From assembly GCA_040902395.1 (NCBI GenBank), contig JBBDXH010000089.1, positions 1 through 32,772 on the forward strand: a stretch of DNA of 32,772 bases, in the 5' to 3' direction. This DNA comes from Dehalococcoidia bacterium (GTDB lineage: Bacteria; Chloroflexota; Dehalococcoidia; UBA2979). Positions 16,765 to 25,864 of the stretch are shown piece after piece. How positions within the stretch are numbered: the first letter of the stretch is position 1; the number at the start of each line of letters is the position of its first letter. Made by a program: the position numbers and the translations under genes. A model generated the notes under the pieces. The model made no database searches, was not told where the DNA came from, and worked only from the letters and a program-made list of their open reading frames with translations.

Positions 16765-18147
16765 ATGAAGAGCCGGTGGCCGCTCGCGCACTCGCCCCTC
16801 CGCGCCGTGTCGCGGGCGCTCGCGCCGTTGCGCGAGCAGGAACAGCTGCTCATGATCTGCATCTCGACGGTGCTGATCATGGCGGGCCAGGGCGTGATCA
16901 GCCCGGTGCTCCCGCTCTTCGCGAAGCAGTTCGGCGTCGGCACGGCCGCGATCGGGCTCACACTCTCGTCGTTCGCGCTTGCCCGGTTGCTGCTCAACGT
17001 CCCGCTCGGCGTGCTCTCCGACCGCTACGGCCGCCGGCTGCTGCTCGTCGGCGGTCCGTTCGTGACGGCCGTCGGGATGATCGGGTCCGGGTTCTCGGGC
17101 GACATCGCGCAACTGCTCGCGTGGCGCTTCGTGGCCGGCGCGGGGTCGGCGATGTACATGACCGGCGCCCAGATCTACCTGGCCGACATCTCGACGCCGG
17201 CGAACCGCGCGCGTCTCATCGGCACGAACCAGGGCGCCCTGCTACTGGGGACATCGGTGGGACCCGCGATTGGCGGCGTGGTGGCAGAGTTCTGGGGCCT
17301 GCGCGCGCCCTTCTACATCGTGGGCGCGGCGGCCTTCATCGCGATGTTCTATTCATACCTGCGTCTGCCGGAGACGCGCAGGGCGATCAGCCGCGAGGCG
17401 CGGGCGGCGGAGCTGGTCGTAGCGGCCCCACCGGTAGCCGCCGCGGCGGGCGCGCGCGGGTCAGCGGCCCACGGCGCGCTCGCCGGAGAGATGAGCCCTT
17501 CCGCCTCCGTGCAAGGCCGAGGAGCGCGCCTGGTCGCACCGAGGAGACCGGAACACGCGTGGCTGACGATGGTGCGCTCGCGCGACTTCCTTGCCGTTTC
17601 GTGGGTGACGATGTCGGTGTTCCTCACGCGTACCGCGTCACGTCAGACGCTGCTGCCGCTGATGGCGTCCGCGCGGCTGGGCATGACCGCCGGTGCGCTG
17701 GGTGCGGTGTTCACGATGATGTCGGTCGTGAACCTCCTGCTGATCGTGCCGGCCGCCGTGATCGCAGACCGCTTCGGCCGCAAGGCGGCGATCGTGCCCA
17801 GCGGCCTGCTCGTGGCCGTTGCGCTGCTGATGCTCGCGAACGCGAACGGCACCGCCCTCTTCCTCGTCGCCGCGGTCGTGCTCGGGGTGGGATCGGGAGT
17901 CGCGGGACCGGCGCCCGCCGCCTACGCGGCCGACATCGCGCCGCCCGAGTTGCGTGGGCTGGCGATGGGGCTGTACCGCTCGTCTGGCGACATCGGCTTC
18001 CTGATCGGCCCGCCGCTGCTCGGTGCGCTCGCGGACGCGACTTCGTTCGGCTGGGGCTTCGGCGCGAACGCGCTCCTCGTCGGCGCCGCGTCGCTGTTCT
18101 TCCTCTTCGGCGCGCGCGAAACGCTCGTGCGCGCGGCACCCGGCTAG
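16765..18147 (+). CDS. MFS transporter (DHA1-like)
   Basis: About 12 hydrophobic segments, motif A GVLSDRYGRR and ADRFGRK, GPAIGG. Confidence 0.9.
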   Translation: MKSRWPLAHSPLRAVSRALAPLREQEQLLMICISTVLIMAGQGVISPVLPLFAKQFGVGTAAIGLTLSSFALARLLLNVPLGVLSDRYGRRLLLVGGPFVTAVGMIGSGFSGDIAQLLAWRFVAGAGSAMYMTGAQIYLADISTPANRARLIGTNQGALLLGTSVGPAIGGVVAEFWGLRAPFYIVGAAAFIAMFYSYLRLPETRRAISREARAAELVVAAPPVAAAAGARGSAAHGALAGEMSPSASVQGRGARLVAPRRPEHAWLTMVRSRDFLAVSWVTMSVFLTRTASRQTLLPLMASARLGMTAGALGAVFTMMSVVNLLLIVPAAVIADRFGRKAAIVPSGLLVAVALLMLANANGTALFLVAAVVLGVGSGVAGPAPAAYAADIAPPELRGLAMGLYRSSGDIGFLIGPPLLGALADATSFGWGFGANALLVGAASLFFLFGARETLVRAAPG

Positions 18148-18602
18148 TCCGCCGTCCAGCCGATCGCGCTGCGTACCTCGGCGTCCTGCTCGGACGGCAG
18201 CCGGAGGAAGAGCGCCTTCGCCTCCGCGACGCGCTCGCCGCCGGGCGCGTCGAGCGTGGCCTCGACGAAGATCCTCCGTCCCCGCGCCCTCACCACGCGC
18301 GCGCGGACGGTCAGCTGCTCGTCGAGCCGGGCCGCGCGGCGGTAGCGCGTCTCCATTGTCGCCGTGACGCCGAGCGTCCTGGCGCCGGCGTACATCGCCC
18401 ACGCCATCGCCTCATCGAGCAGCGTCACGAGCACCCCGCCGTGGAACACTCCCGGGAAGCCGCAGTCTTCCGGACGCGGCGTGTAGCGCGCGAGCACGCC
18501 GTCACCATCGCGCTCGAAGCGCATGTGCAGCCCCAGCGGGTTCTGACGGCCACACGCGAAGCAGTAGTGCTCGTAGAGGCGTGCGTCGAAGTCGGCGGAC
18601 AC
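18144..18602 (-). CDS. PaaI family thioesterase
   Basis: CFACGRQNPLGL, GFPGVFHGGVLVTLLDEAM; GTG start at 18602. Confidence 0.88.
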   Translation of the reverse strand: MSADFDARLYEHYCFACGRQNPLGLHMRFERDGDGVLARYTPRPEDCGFPGVFHGGVLVTLLDEAMAWAMYAGARTLGVTATMETRYRRAARLDEQLTVRARVVRARGRRIFVEATLDAPGGERVAEAKALFLRLPSEQDAEVRSAIGWTAD

Positions 18603-18609
18603 GGCAGCG

Positions 18610-19011
18610 TCAGGTGAGCGGCGCGGACGCCGTGCCCGTGAGCAGCAGCTCCCCGGCGTCGGTCTCGCACAGCACGTCATAGCTGGCCACGCCGTCCGCG
18701 ACGGCACGCGCCGTCGCGCGCGCGGTCACGGTCACCGGCGGGACGGCCGGTGCGCGCCAGCGCACCTTGAGCGTGCCGCCGCGCGCCCAGCGCTCGCCGA
18801 ACGCTGCGGCCATCGCCTCCGAGACGAGCGCGAGCACGAGCATGCCGTGCGCGATCGGGCGGCCGAACGGGCCGGCGCCGGCTTCTGGCCCCACGCGATG
18901 GATCGGATTGTGGTCGCGCGCGGCGGCCGCGTAACGGTCGACGCGCGGCTGGTCGATCAGCCGCGACACGGGCGCGACGCCGGGTGCGGTGGCGCCCGAC
19001 GGCACGCTCAC
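18610..19011 (-). CDS. MaoC family dehydratase (HadB-like, catalytic half)
   Basis: YAAAARDHNPIH...PIAHGML; GTG start overlaps upstream TGA. Confidence 0.82.
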   Translation of the reverse strand: MSVPSGATAPGVAPVSRLIDQPRVDRYAAAARDHNPIHRVGPEAGAGPFGRPIAHGMLVLALVSEAMAAAFGERWARGGTLKVRWRAPAVPPVTVTARATARAVADGVASYDVLCETDAGELLLTGTASAPLT

Positions 19012-19460
19012 GCGCCGCCGCCCGCGTCCGTCGCGCTCCCGGCGTTGGTCTCGGCGTCGAGCGGCGCGACCAGCACCGTCGTGCGCGCGCTGCCGACGAT
19101 CACGCCACCCGCGCGCCACTCGCTCTCGAGCGCGGTGATCACCGCGCCCCGCCGCTCCGAGCGCGAGGCGACGCGGATGCGCACCTCCACCGGCTCGTCG
19201 TAGCCGACCGCGCGGGCGAAGTCGTACTCCTGGCCGGTGTGCACGATCCCCGCGGGGAGGTCCACGCGTTCCATCAGCCCGGCGAGTGCAAACGCGCCGA
19301 GCGCAAGGGGCGGAACGTCGCGTGTCCACGCGGCCGGCGACTCCCCGGTGGCATCGAGGTACGCGTGCACGTCGGCGGCGGTAACGCGCAGCACGAACGC
19401 CGGGAGGTCGTCGCCGCGCCGCAGTTCGTCGAGCGAGGGTTTGTGCGCGGAAGCGCTCAC
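19008..19460 (-). CDS. MaoC-dehydratase N-terminal-like hot-dog protein (HadA-like)
   Basis: VHAYLDATGE, VPPLAL, IVHTGQEYDFARAV; no DxxxxH motif; GTG start overlaps hxlR TGA. Confidence 0.75.
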   Translation of the reverse strand: MSASAHKPSLDELRRGDDLPAFVLRVTAADVHAYLDATGESPAAWTRDVPPLALGAFALAGLMERVDLPAGIVHTGQEYDFARAVGYDEPVEVRIRVASRSERRGAVITALESEWRAGGVIVGSARTTVLVAPLDAETNAGSATDAGGGA

Positions 19461-19873
19461 CGGATCTCGGCGGTGACGGGCTCGATGCCTGTGGCCGCAG
19501 CGGCGCAGCCGTCGACGGCGCCATCGCTCGGCTCCGCGGGCAGGCCGTCGCTGAGATGCGAGCGGCCCCAGCGCGCGAGCGGCTGGAGCGCCTGCGCGAG
19601 CTCGGTGCCGAGATCGGTGAGCTGGTATTCGACCCACGGCGGCATCGTCGCGACGATGCGGCGGGAGACGATGCCCAGCTCTTCGAGCAGCTTCAGCCGG
19701 TCGCGCAGCGTGCGCGAGTTGCAGCCCCCGACGGTGGTCGCCAGCTCGTTGAAGCGCAGCTTGCCGTCGATCAGTTCGTAGATGATCTGCGGCACCCACT
19801 TCTGCCCGACCAGCGCAAGCGTCGCGCGCACCGGGCAGTAGTCGCCGTCGGGTGTGGTCGTGAGCTTCTGCAT
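19457..19873 (-). CDS. HxlR family transcriptional regulator
   Basis: YCPVRATLALVGQKW, RFNEL, TLRDRLKLLEELGIVSR, PPWVEYQLTDLG. Confidence 0.92.
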   Translation of the reverse strand: MQKLTTTPDGDYCPVRATLALVGQKWVPQIIYELIDGKLRFNELATTVGGCNSRTLRDRLKLLEELGIVSRRIVATMPPWVEYQLTDLGTELAQALQPLARWGRSHLSDGLPAEPSDGAVDGCAAAATGIEPVTAEIR

Positions 19874-20004
19874 CGCCGCACCTGCTTGATGTGCTGCGCT
19901 ACCGCGGAGTGGTCGCGAGCGTTAGGGATGGCGTTCCTGGTTCGACGACCGAGTGTAGCAGCGTGGAAACGCAGGTCGATGCAACCGCGCCCGGGCGGCG
20001 TTCC

Positions 20005-21462
20005 CTACCACTCGCCCGAGCCGAGGAAGGCGTCGATCGCCGCCGCAGCACGCTGGCCGTCGGCGAGCGCGGTGACCACGAGGTCGGCGCCGTTCACGTT
20101 GTCGCCGCCGGCGAAGACCCCGGGAATGTTCGTCTTCATCGTCAGTGGATCGACGACCACGCGGTCCCAGCGGTCGCGGAGCAGGTCGCCGGCGATCTCG
20201 CCCCAGCGCTCGTCCACGTTGTAGCCGATGGCCACGACGATCGCGTCGGCTTCGATGTCGAACTCCGAGCCCGGCTCGGGCAGCGGCCGCGCGCGGCCCG
20301 TGTCGTCCGGCTCGCCGAGGCGCATGCGCTGGCAGCGCAAGCCGCGGACGCGGCCGGCAGCGTCGAGCAGCACCTCGGCCGGCGTCGTCAGGTAGAGGAA
20401 CGTGACGCCTTCCTCGGCTGCGTGCTGGCGCTCCTCAGCGCGACCCTGCATCTCCGCCTCGCTGCGACGGTAGATCAGCGAGACGTGCTCCGCGCCGAGC
20501 CGGATCGCCGAGCGCACGCAATCCATGGAGGTATCGCCGCCGCCGATCACGGCGACGCGCCGCACGGGCGGCAGCGGCTCGGCGTACGCAGCCCCGAGCC
20601 GGGCCGGCTCGAGGTTCGCACGCACCAGGAACGGCGTGGCGAGGTGCATGCCGGGGGCGTCTTCGTTGGGGATGCCGAGCGCCGCCCCCACCGGCGCCCC
20701 GAAGCCAAAGAAGACCGCGTCGAAGCCGGAGCGCAGCTCCTCGAACGACACGTCCCGCCCGACCTCGACCCCGCACCGCAGCTCGACGCCGAGGGCGGCG
20801 AGTTCGTCGAACTTGCGGGTCACCGCGGGTTTGTTCTGCTTGAAGGTCGGGATGCCGTAGAGGAGCACCCCGCCCGGCTCGGGCCACGCCTCGAACATCA
20901 CGATCGCGTGGCCGGCCTTCGCGAGCCGCTCCGCGGCCGCGATGCCGGCCGGGCCGCTGCCGACGACGGCGACGCGCTTGCCCGTGCTCGCCGCGCGCAC
21001 CGGCGCGGGCGCGCCGCCGCTGGCAAGCTGCCACTCCGTGACGAACGTCTCGAGCTTGCCGATGGCGACGGGCAGCGCGTTCTTCCCGACGACGCAATGT
21101 CCCTCGCACAGCCGTTCCTGCGGGCAGAGCCGCCCGCACATCTCGGGCAGCTCGCTCGTCTCACGGAACACGTCGGCAGCCTTCGAGTAGTCGCCCTGCT
21201 CCAGCAACCAGAAGGCGCCGGGGATGTCGTTGTGGACGGGACACGCGCGCTGGCACGGGGCCGCGGGACACTGGATGCAGCGCATCGCTTCAGCCCTGGC
21301 CGTCTCCTCGTCGAAGAGGAAGTACACCTCGTCCCAGTTGCGGACGCGCGAAGCGGCATCCTGCTTGGACGGGCGTCGGGCCGGGATCCGGAGGCGCGCC
21401 TTGCGATCGACCGCCGAGGGGTCGGGCTGCTTCCGCGGTTGGGGCGGTTCGTCGGGAGACAC
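20005..21462 (-). CDS. GltD/NfnB/SudA-like NAD(P)-dependent Fe-S flavoprotein
   Basis: RCIQCPAAPCQRACP, CGRLCPQERLCEGHC, GSGPAG, YGIP.FK, GGGDTSMDC, YRRS, FAGGD. Confidence 0.9.
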   Translation of the reverse strand: MSPDEPPQPRKQPDPSAVDRKARLRIPARRPSKQDAASRVRNWDEVYFLFDEETARAEAMRCIQCPAAPCQRACPVHNDIPGAFWLLEQGDYSKAADVFRETSELPEMCGRLCPQERLCEGHCVVGKNALPVAIGKLETFVTEWQLASGGAPAPVRAASTGKRVAVVGSGPAGIAAAERLAKAGHAIVMFEAWPEPGGVLLYGIPTFKQNKPAVTRKFDELAALGVELRCGVEVGRDVSFEELRSGFDAVFFGFGAPVGAALGIPNEDAPGMHLATPFLVRANLEPARLGAAYAEPLPPVRRVAVIGGGDTSMDCVRSAIRLGAEHVSLIYRRSEAEMQGRAEERQHAAEEGVTFLYLTTPAEVLLDAAGRVRGLRCQRMRLGEPDDTGRARPLPEPGSEFDIEADAIVVAIGYNVDERWGEIAGDLLRDRWDRVVVDPLTMKTNIPGVFAGGDNVNGADLVVTALADGQRAAAAIDAFLGSGEW

Positions 21463-21468
21463 GTCTTC

Positions 21469-21497
21469 AGCCTAGGCACGCGCGCGCTTCGGCTCAA
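21469..21497 (-). promoter_or_regulatory. sigma70-type promoter, leaderless arrangement
   Basis: TTGAGC - 17 nt - TAGGCT - 6 nt - GTG start of the GltD-like gene. Confidence 0.6.
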
Positions 21498-21573
21498 TCA
21501 CGCCGCCGCGGCGCACCGACTCGCGACGCAAGCGCGAATGCCCGAAGATGCGACGACGGACGAAGCACGGGGG

Positions 21574-22527
21574 ATGACGATGAGCGTGAGCATCGGCCTG
21601 GGCCTGGCGCAGTACCCGTTCTCCAGCACCCGCGAGTTCTGGCGCTGGATCGAGCTCTGTGAGGGCGGCGACGTCGACTCGATCTGGCAGACCGACCGCC
21701 TGGTCTCGGCGCAGCCGATGCTCGAGCCGATGAGCCTGATGGCGGCGCTCGCCGGCGCGACGAAGCGCTTGCAGTTCGGCATGAACGTCGTGGTCCTCCC
21801 GCTCCGCGATCCGCTGGTGCTCGCGAAGCAGTGCGCGACCATCGACTACCTCAGCGACGGGCGGCTGCTGCCGGCGTTCGGCGTCGGCGGCGATGCCATC
21901 CCGGAGTGGCGCACGACCGGACGCTCGCCCGGCACGCGCGGCGCGCGCTCGGACGAGATGCTCGAGGTGATGACGCGCCTGTGGCGCGGCGAGGAGGTGA
22001 CGTTCGCCGGCAAGCACTTCCAGTACGAAGGCGCACGCATCGCGCCGCTGCCGGTGCGGCAGCCGCTGCCACTGTGGATCGGAGGCAGCTCCCGCGCCGC
22101 GATCCGCCGCACGGCGACGCTCGGCACCGGTTGGCTGTCCGGCGTCGCTTCGCCGGAGCGCGTCGCGCCCGTCGTCGTCGCGATCAAGGCGGCAGCGGCC
22201 GAGGCCGGCCGGACCATCGACGAGGATCACTACGGCGCGGGCTTCCCCTTCCGCTTCGGGTCGTGGGACGAGCCCGTGGTTGAGCGCTCGGCAAGCGGCA
22301 TGGCTCGGTTGCCGGAGATCGGGGATCCCCGCGGCTTCCTCGCCGTCGGCGACGAGCACGACATCCTCGCGCGGATCGACGACTACCGGCGGGCCGGCGT
22401 GTCCAAGTTCGTGATGCGACCGCTCGCAACGGACGGGAATGACTTCATCGAGCAGACCCGGCGACTGATCGAGACGGTGATCCCGGTCGTGCACGGGGAG
22501 CGCGTACGCACGCCGGCCGCGCGCTGA
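21574..22527 (+). CDS. LLM-class flavin/F420-dependent oxidoreductase
   Basis: DSIWQTDR, LRDPLVLAKQCATIDYLSDGR, PLWIGGSS; start MTMSVSIG (21574 or 21580). Confidence 0.9.
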   Translation: MTMSVSIGLGLAQYPFSSTREFWRWIELCEGGDVDSIWQTDRLVSAQPMLEPMSLMAALAGATKRLQFGMNVVVLPLRDPLVLAKQCATIDYLSDGRLLPAFGVGGDAIPEWRTTGRSPGTRGARSDEMLEVMTRLWRGEEVTFAGKHFQYEGARIAPLPVRQPLPLWIGGSSRAAIRRTATLGTGWLSGVASPERVAPVVVAIKAAAAEAGRTIDEDHYGAGFPFRFGSWDEPVVERSASGMARLPEIGDPRGFLAVGDEHDILARIDDYRRAGVSKFVMRPLATDGNDFIEQTRRLIETVIPVVHGERVRTPAAR

Positions 22528-22543
22528 CGCACTGAGCGCGCGG

Positions 22544-22969
22544 TCAGTCGATCACAAGGTCGGCGCGGCAGCGCCGGCACCGGCCGTAGAGCTCGAGCCG
22601 GTGCGAGTCAATCTCGAAGCCCGTGCGGCGGCCGAGTTCCGCGACGAGGTCCTCGATGTCGTGCGAGGAGAAGTCACTGACCGTGCCACATTCGGAACAG
22701 ACCACGTGGTGATGATGAGCGCCGCTGCCCAGCCGGTAGGCGACGCTGCCGTCGTCCAGCACCACCTGGCAGACGACGGCGAGTTCCTGCATGAGGCGAA
22801 GCGTGCGGAAGACGGTCGCCCGACCGACCGCCGGTGAGGCCGCCACCACCTGGTCGGCGGTGAAGTGATCGCCGAGCCCGGCCATCACCTCGAGCAGGCG
22901 CCGCCGCGGCGCCGTCAGGCGATGGCCACTGCGGACGATCGTGCGTTCGAGCAGATCCATGGTGGTCAT
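22544..22969 (-). CDS. Fur family transcriptional regulator
   Basis: RLTAPRR, HFTA, ATVFRTL, HHHHVVCSECG, YGRCRRC; start 22969 fits the upstream promoter (ATG 22978 alternative). Confidence 0.9.
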   Translation of the reverse strand: MTTMDLLERTIVRSGHRLTAPRRRLLEVMAGLGDHFTADQVVAASPAVGRATVFRTLRLMQELAVVCQVVLDDGSVAYRLGSGAHHHHVVCSECGTVSDFSSHDIEDLVAELGRRTGFEIDSHRLELYGRCRRCRADLVID

Positions 22970-22976
22970 CGAAGTC

Positions 22977-23028
22977 ATCGTCGGCGGGGGCGACGCCGCA
23001 TGTCAACGCACGGGCGATCGGGCAGAAT
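22977..23028. promoter_or_regulatory. Divergent promoter pair fur / AI-2E
   Basis: Minus: TTGACA (23006-23001) - 18 nt - GACGAT - 7 nt - ATG 22969; plus: CAGAAT (23023-23028) - 6 nt - GTG 23035. Confidence 0.55.
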
Positions 23029-23034
23029 GGCGGC

Positions 23035-24237
23035 GTGACAACCCACCGCTGGCGCATCGTGCTCTGGGCGGCCACCCTCCTCGTGATCGCGTGGTTCGGC
23101 TGGCACGCGCGCGGCGCGCTCCTGCCCTTCGCGTTCGGGGGCGTACTCGCCTACGCGCTCACGCCGATCGTGGACCGGCTCGCTTCGGTCATTCCCACGC
23201 GCACGCACCAGGGCGACGTCATCCGCCGCGGCCTCGTCGTGTTCGTGCTCTACGCCGTCGCCGCGGCGGCGATCTTCGGCGCCGCGCTGGCGATCGTTCC
23301 GCTCGCCGCCGACCAGACGACCGAATTCGTGGACACGCTACCCGAGCTCGTGGACCGGGCGCGCGAGGAGACCGACTCCTGGCTCGAGCGCTACCACGAT
23401 CGCGTGCCACCGGACGTGCAGCGCCGCATCAACGCGCTCGCGAACGACGGCGCGAGCACGTTCAGCGAGGCCGCGGCGGCGTGGATGCGGGCGTCGATCG
23501 CGTTCGTTACGCAGACGCTCACGGTCCTGCTCACGCTCATCGTCGTGCCGATCTGGATGTTCTGGGCCTTGCGCGACCGCCATTTCGTCGCACGCAACTT
23601 GAAGGCGGCGGTGCCGCCGGCGGTGCGCCCCGACGTCGAGAACGTGATGGCCATCGCCGACGGGCTGCTGGGTCGCTATATCCGCGCGCAGTTGTTCCTG
23701 GGCGTGGTCGTCGGCATCGCCGTGGGCGTCTCGCTCACGCTGCTCGGCGTGCAGCTTTCGGTCGCGCTCGGGATCTGGGCCGGCATCACGGAGCTGATCC
23801 CGATCCTCGGCCCGTGGATCGGCGCGGTACCCGGGCTCATCATCATCCTGGCCACAGACCCGAGCCGCGCGATCTGGGTCGCCCTGGTGTACCTCGGGGT
23901 CCAGCAGCTCGAGAACAACCTGCTGGTGCCGCGAGTCCAGGGGCGTGCCGTCGACATTCATCCGGCAATGGTGATCGTCCTGCTCGCCAGCTGGGGCACG
24001 GTCTTCGGGTTCATCGGACTGCTGATCGCGGTGCCGGTGACGGCGATCCTGCGCGAGCTGTTCTGGTACCTCGACCGCCGCTTCCGTGGCGAGTCGCCCG
24101 AGGATGCGTTCTCGCTCAGCCTCGTCGGACGGCACCTGCTGCGGCGCTCGCGGCGGCGGCACCCCGCGCCTCGCGTTCCGTTGATGCCGGCGGGCGAGCC
24201 GCACGTCCCGGATCCCGCAGCGGGGCCCCCGCGTTAG
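23035..24237 (+). CDS. AI-2E family (PerM/TqsA) transporter
   Basis: LAYALTPIVDRL, ELIPILGPWIG, QQLENNLLVPRVQG..VDIHP, GFIGLLIAVP. Confidence 0.92.
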   Translation: MTTHRWRIVLWAATLLVIAWFGWHARGALLPFAFGGVLAYALTPIVDRLASVIPTRTHQGDVIRRGLVVFVLYAVAAAAIFGAALAIVPLAADQTTEFVDTLPELVDRAREETDSWLERYHDRVPPDVQRRINALANDGASTFSEAAAAWMRASIAFVTQTLTVLLTLIVVPIWMFWALRDRHFVARNLKAAVPPAVRPDVENVMAIADGLLGRYIRAQLFLGVVVGIAVGVSLTLLGVQLSVALGIWAGITELIPILGPWIGAVPGLIIILATDPSRAIWVALVYLGVQQLENNLLVPRVQGRAVDIHPAMVIVLLASWGTVFGFIGLLIAVPVTAILRELFWYLDRRFRGESPEDAFSLSLVGRHLLRRSRRRHPAPRVPLMPAGEPHVPDPAAGPPR

Positions 24238-24249
24238 CGCGGACGCGGC

Positions 24250-25092
24250 TTAGCCGCGCCGCACCGTCGCCTGGAGCACGACGGGCCCCTCGACGGTGTC
24301 GCTGTCGTCGTTCGACGTGGCCACGATGAAGATGCGCGTGGCTTCGGCGATCACGGGCGAGCGCAGGATCACCTGCGCGTTCCCGATGCCGTCCGGCACG
24401 AAGGTCATCACCGCCGTGAGCCGCGAAAGCGAGTCCTCGATCCAGACGCGGTACACGTTCCCGAACGGGATCTGCGGCAGGTCGTGCGCCACGATCACGG
24501 CGGCGTCTGCGGCTTCGCTCCAGAGATAGCGGCCGCCGGCACCGTGGCCGGACGCGGTGGGCTCGAAGTCCGTCGAGCGGACGTTCGGGTCGGTCTGCAC
24601 GGCAGCGATCACCTGCTGGTCCTGGAGCGCGGTCGCGAGCTGCACGCCCAGCGCGCGCGACTCCTGGACGTTCTGGCTGCCGTCGAGCGTGTCCAGGCGC
24701 TTGGCGTTCGCCTCGACCAGCGCCGTGAGCGCGGCGGACTCGGAGCGCAGATCGGAGACGGTCGCGCGCAGGCTCATGCCCCAGACGAACGTGAGCGCGA
24801 GCACCGCCGCGAGCGCGGCGGCCGGCAGCAGCCGCGCGAGGCGCGGCCGGCGCACGCGCCGGGCGAGCGACTCACGGCGTGCGGCGTCGAGCACGCGTTC
24901 GCGCAGACGCGGGTCGGCGCGGCGCATGGGCACGCTCAGCGCGATCAGGTCGACCAGCTCGTGGTAGCGCGCGAGGTCGGCCGCGGCCGCGGCGTTCGTC
25001 GAGACGAGCGACTCGACGTCCGCGGCGTCGGGCGCGCTCAGGGTGCCGAGCGCGTACGCCGCGAGCAGCTCTTCGCGTTCATCCGGCGTCAT
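24250..25092 (-). CDS. Anti-sigma factor, RskA (anti-sigma-K) type
   Basis: ELLAAYALGTL, LRERVL, single TM segment, coiled coil, LPQIP..NVYRVW; ATGA overlap with the sigma gene. Confidence 0.82.
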   Translation of the reverse strand: MTPDEREELLAAYALGTLSAPDAADVESLVSTNAAAAADLARYHELVDLIALSVPMRRADPRLRERVLDAARRESLARRVRRPRLARLLPAAALAAVLALTFVWGMSLRATVSDLRSESAALTALVEANAKRLDTLDGSQNVQESRALGVQLATALQDQQVIAAVQTDPNVRSTDFEPTASGHGAGGRYLWSEAADAAVIVAHDLPQIPFGNVYRVWIEDSLSRLTAVMTFVPDGIGNAQVILRSPVIAEATRIFIVATSNDDSDTVEGPVVLQATVRRG

Positions 25093-25808
25093 TGGTAACC
25101 CCCGCCGGCCCCGTCGCTCATCACCTCGGTCAGCGCTTCGCGCAGCTTCCGCATGCCGAGCCGGACGCGCGTCTTCACCGTTCCCAGCGGATCGCCTGTG
25201 CGTTCCGCGATCTCCACCTGGGTGAGCCCGCTGAAGTAGGCGAGCTCGAGCACCCGGCGCTGCGCCGGCGGTAGCCGCGTCATGGCCTCACGCACCGCCT
25301 GCCGCCGCTCCGCGAGCTCGGCCCCCAGCTGGGGGTCGTCCGCGACATCGTGCGTCGGCAGCTGATACGTCGGCTCCTCATCCCGGTACTCCACGCGACG
25401 GCGGCGGGTGATCCGCCGCTGCTCGTCGAGTGCCCGGTTTCGGGTCACCGACATCAACCAGCTGATGAAGCGGCCCCGCAACGGGTCGTACGAGGAGGGT
25501 CGTCGCCAGAGGCGGAGGAACACCTCCTGGACCACGTCCTCGGCGAGATGCCGGTCGCTGAGGACGCGGTAGCTCACCGAGAACACGAGCGCGGAGTAAC
25601 GGTCGTAGACCTGCTCGAGAGCGGCGATTTCGCCGCGCTCCATGCGCGCCATCAGCTCGTCGTCCGGAGGCGCCGGCTCGCTCGCGCGAGTCCGCTCCCC
25701 GCCGACTGTTTGAGTTACGTCGTGCAGGCGCCCGCGGATTCCTCGCACAACCAGCGGGATGGGCGCGCGTTCAGGCGGTCGGTGGTCTGGGTTCGAGGTG
25801 TCCGGCAC
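25089..25808 (-). CDS. ECF RNA polymerase sigma factor (SigK-like)
   Basis: AEDVVQEVFLRLW, YDPLRG, RNRALD, AYFSGLTQVEIA..TGDPLGTVKTRVR; GTG 25808 preceded by GGAGG (start uncertain). Confidence 0.9.
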   Translation of the reverse strand: MPDTSNPDHRPPERAPIPLVVRGIRGRLHDVTQTVGGERTRASEPAPPDDELMARMERGEIAALEQVYDRYSALVFSVSYRVLSDRHLAEDVVQEVFLRLWRRPSSYDPLRGRFISWLMSVTRNRALDEQRRITRRRRVEYRDEEPTYQLPTHDVADDPQLGAELAERRQAVREAMTRLPPAQRRVLELAYFSGLTQVEIAERTGDPLGTVKTRVRLGMRKLREALTEVMSDGAGGGYQ

Positions 25809-25864
25809 CGCGTCCCTCCGGGGATCGCGCGGCGGAGCGGGGACGTTCCCGATCATACGCGCGT

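Noticed and set aside
17380-17560. Long Ala/Arg-rich central loop in the MFS gene as an insertion or frameshift
   Set aside because: The frame is continuous and variable central loops are common in MFS proteins.
19895-19960. GGTTCGA suggesting a tRNA T-loop
   Set aside because: No 5-bp T stem, acceptor stem or anticodon arm can be formed.
19891-21573. Apparent 561-aa N-terminal extension making an 878-aa LLM fusion
   Set aside because: The extension is antisense to the GltD-like gene; the real LLM starts at 21574/21580.
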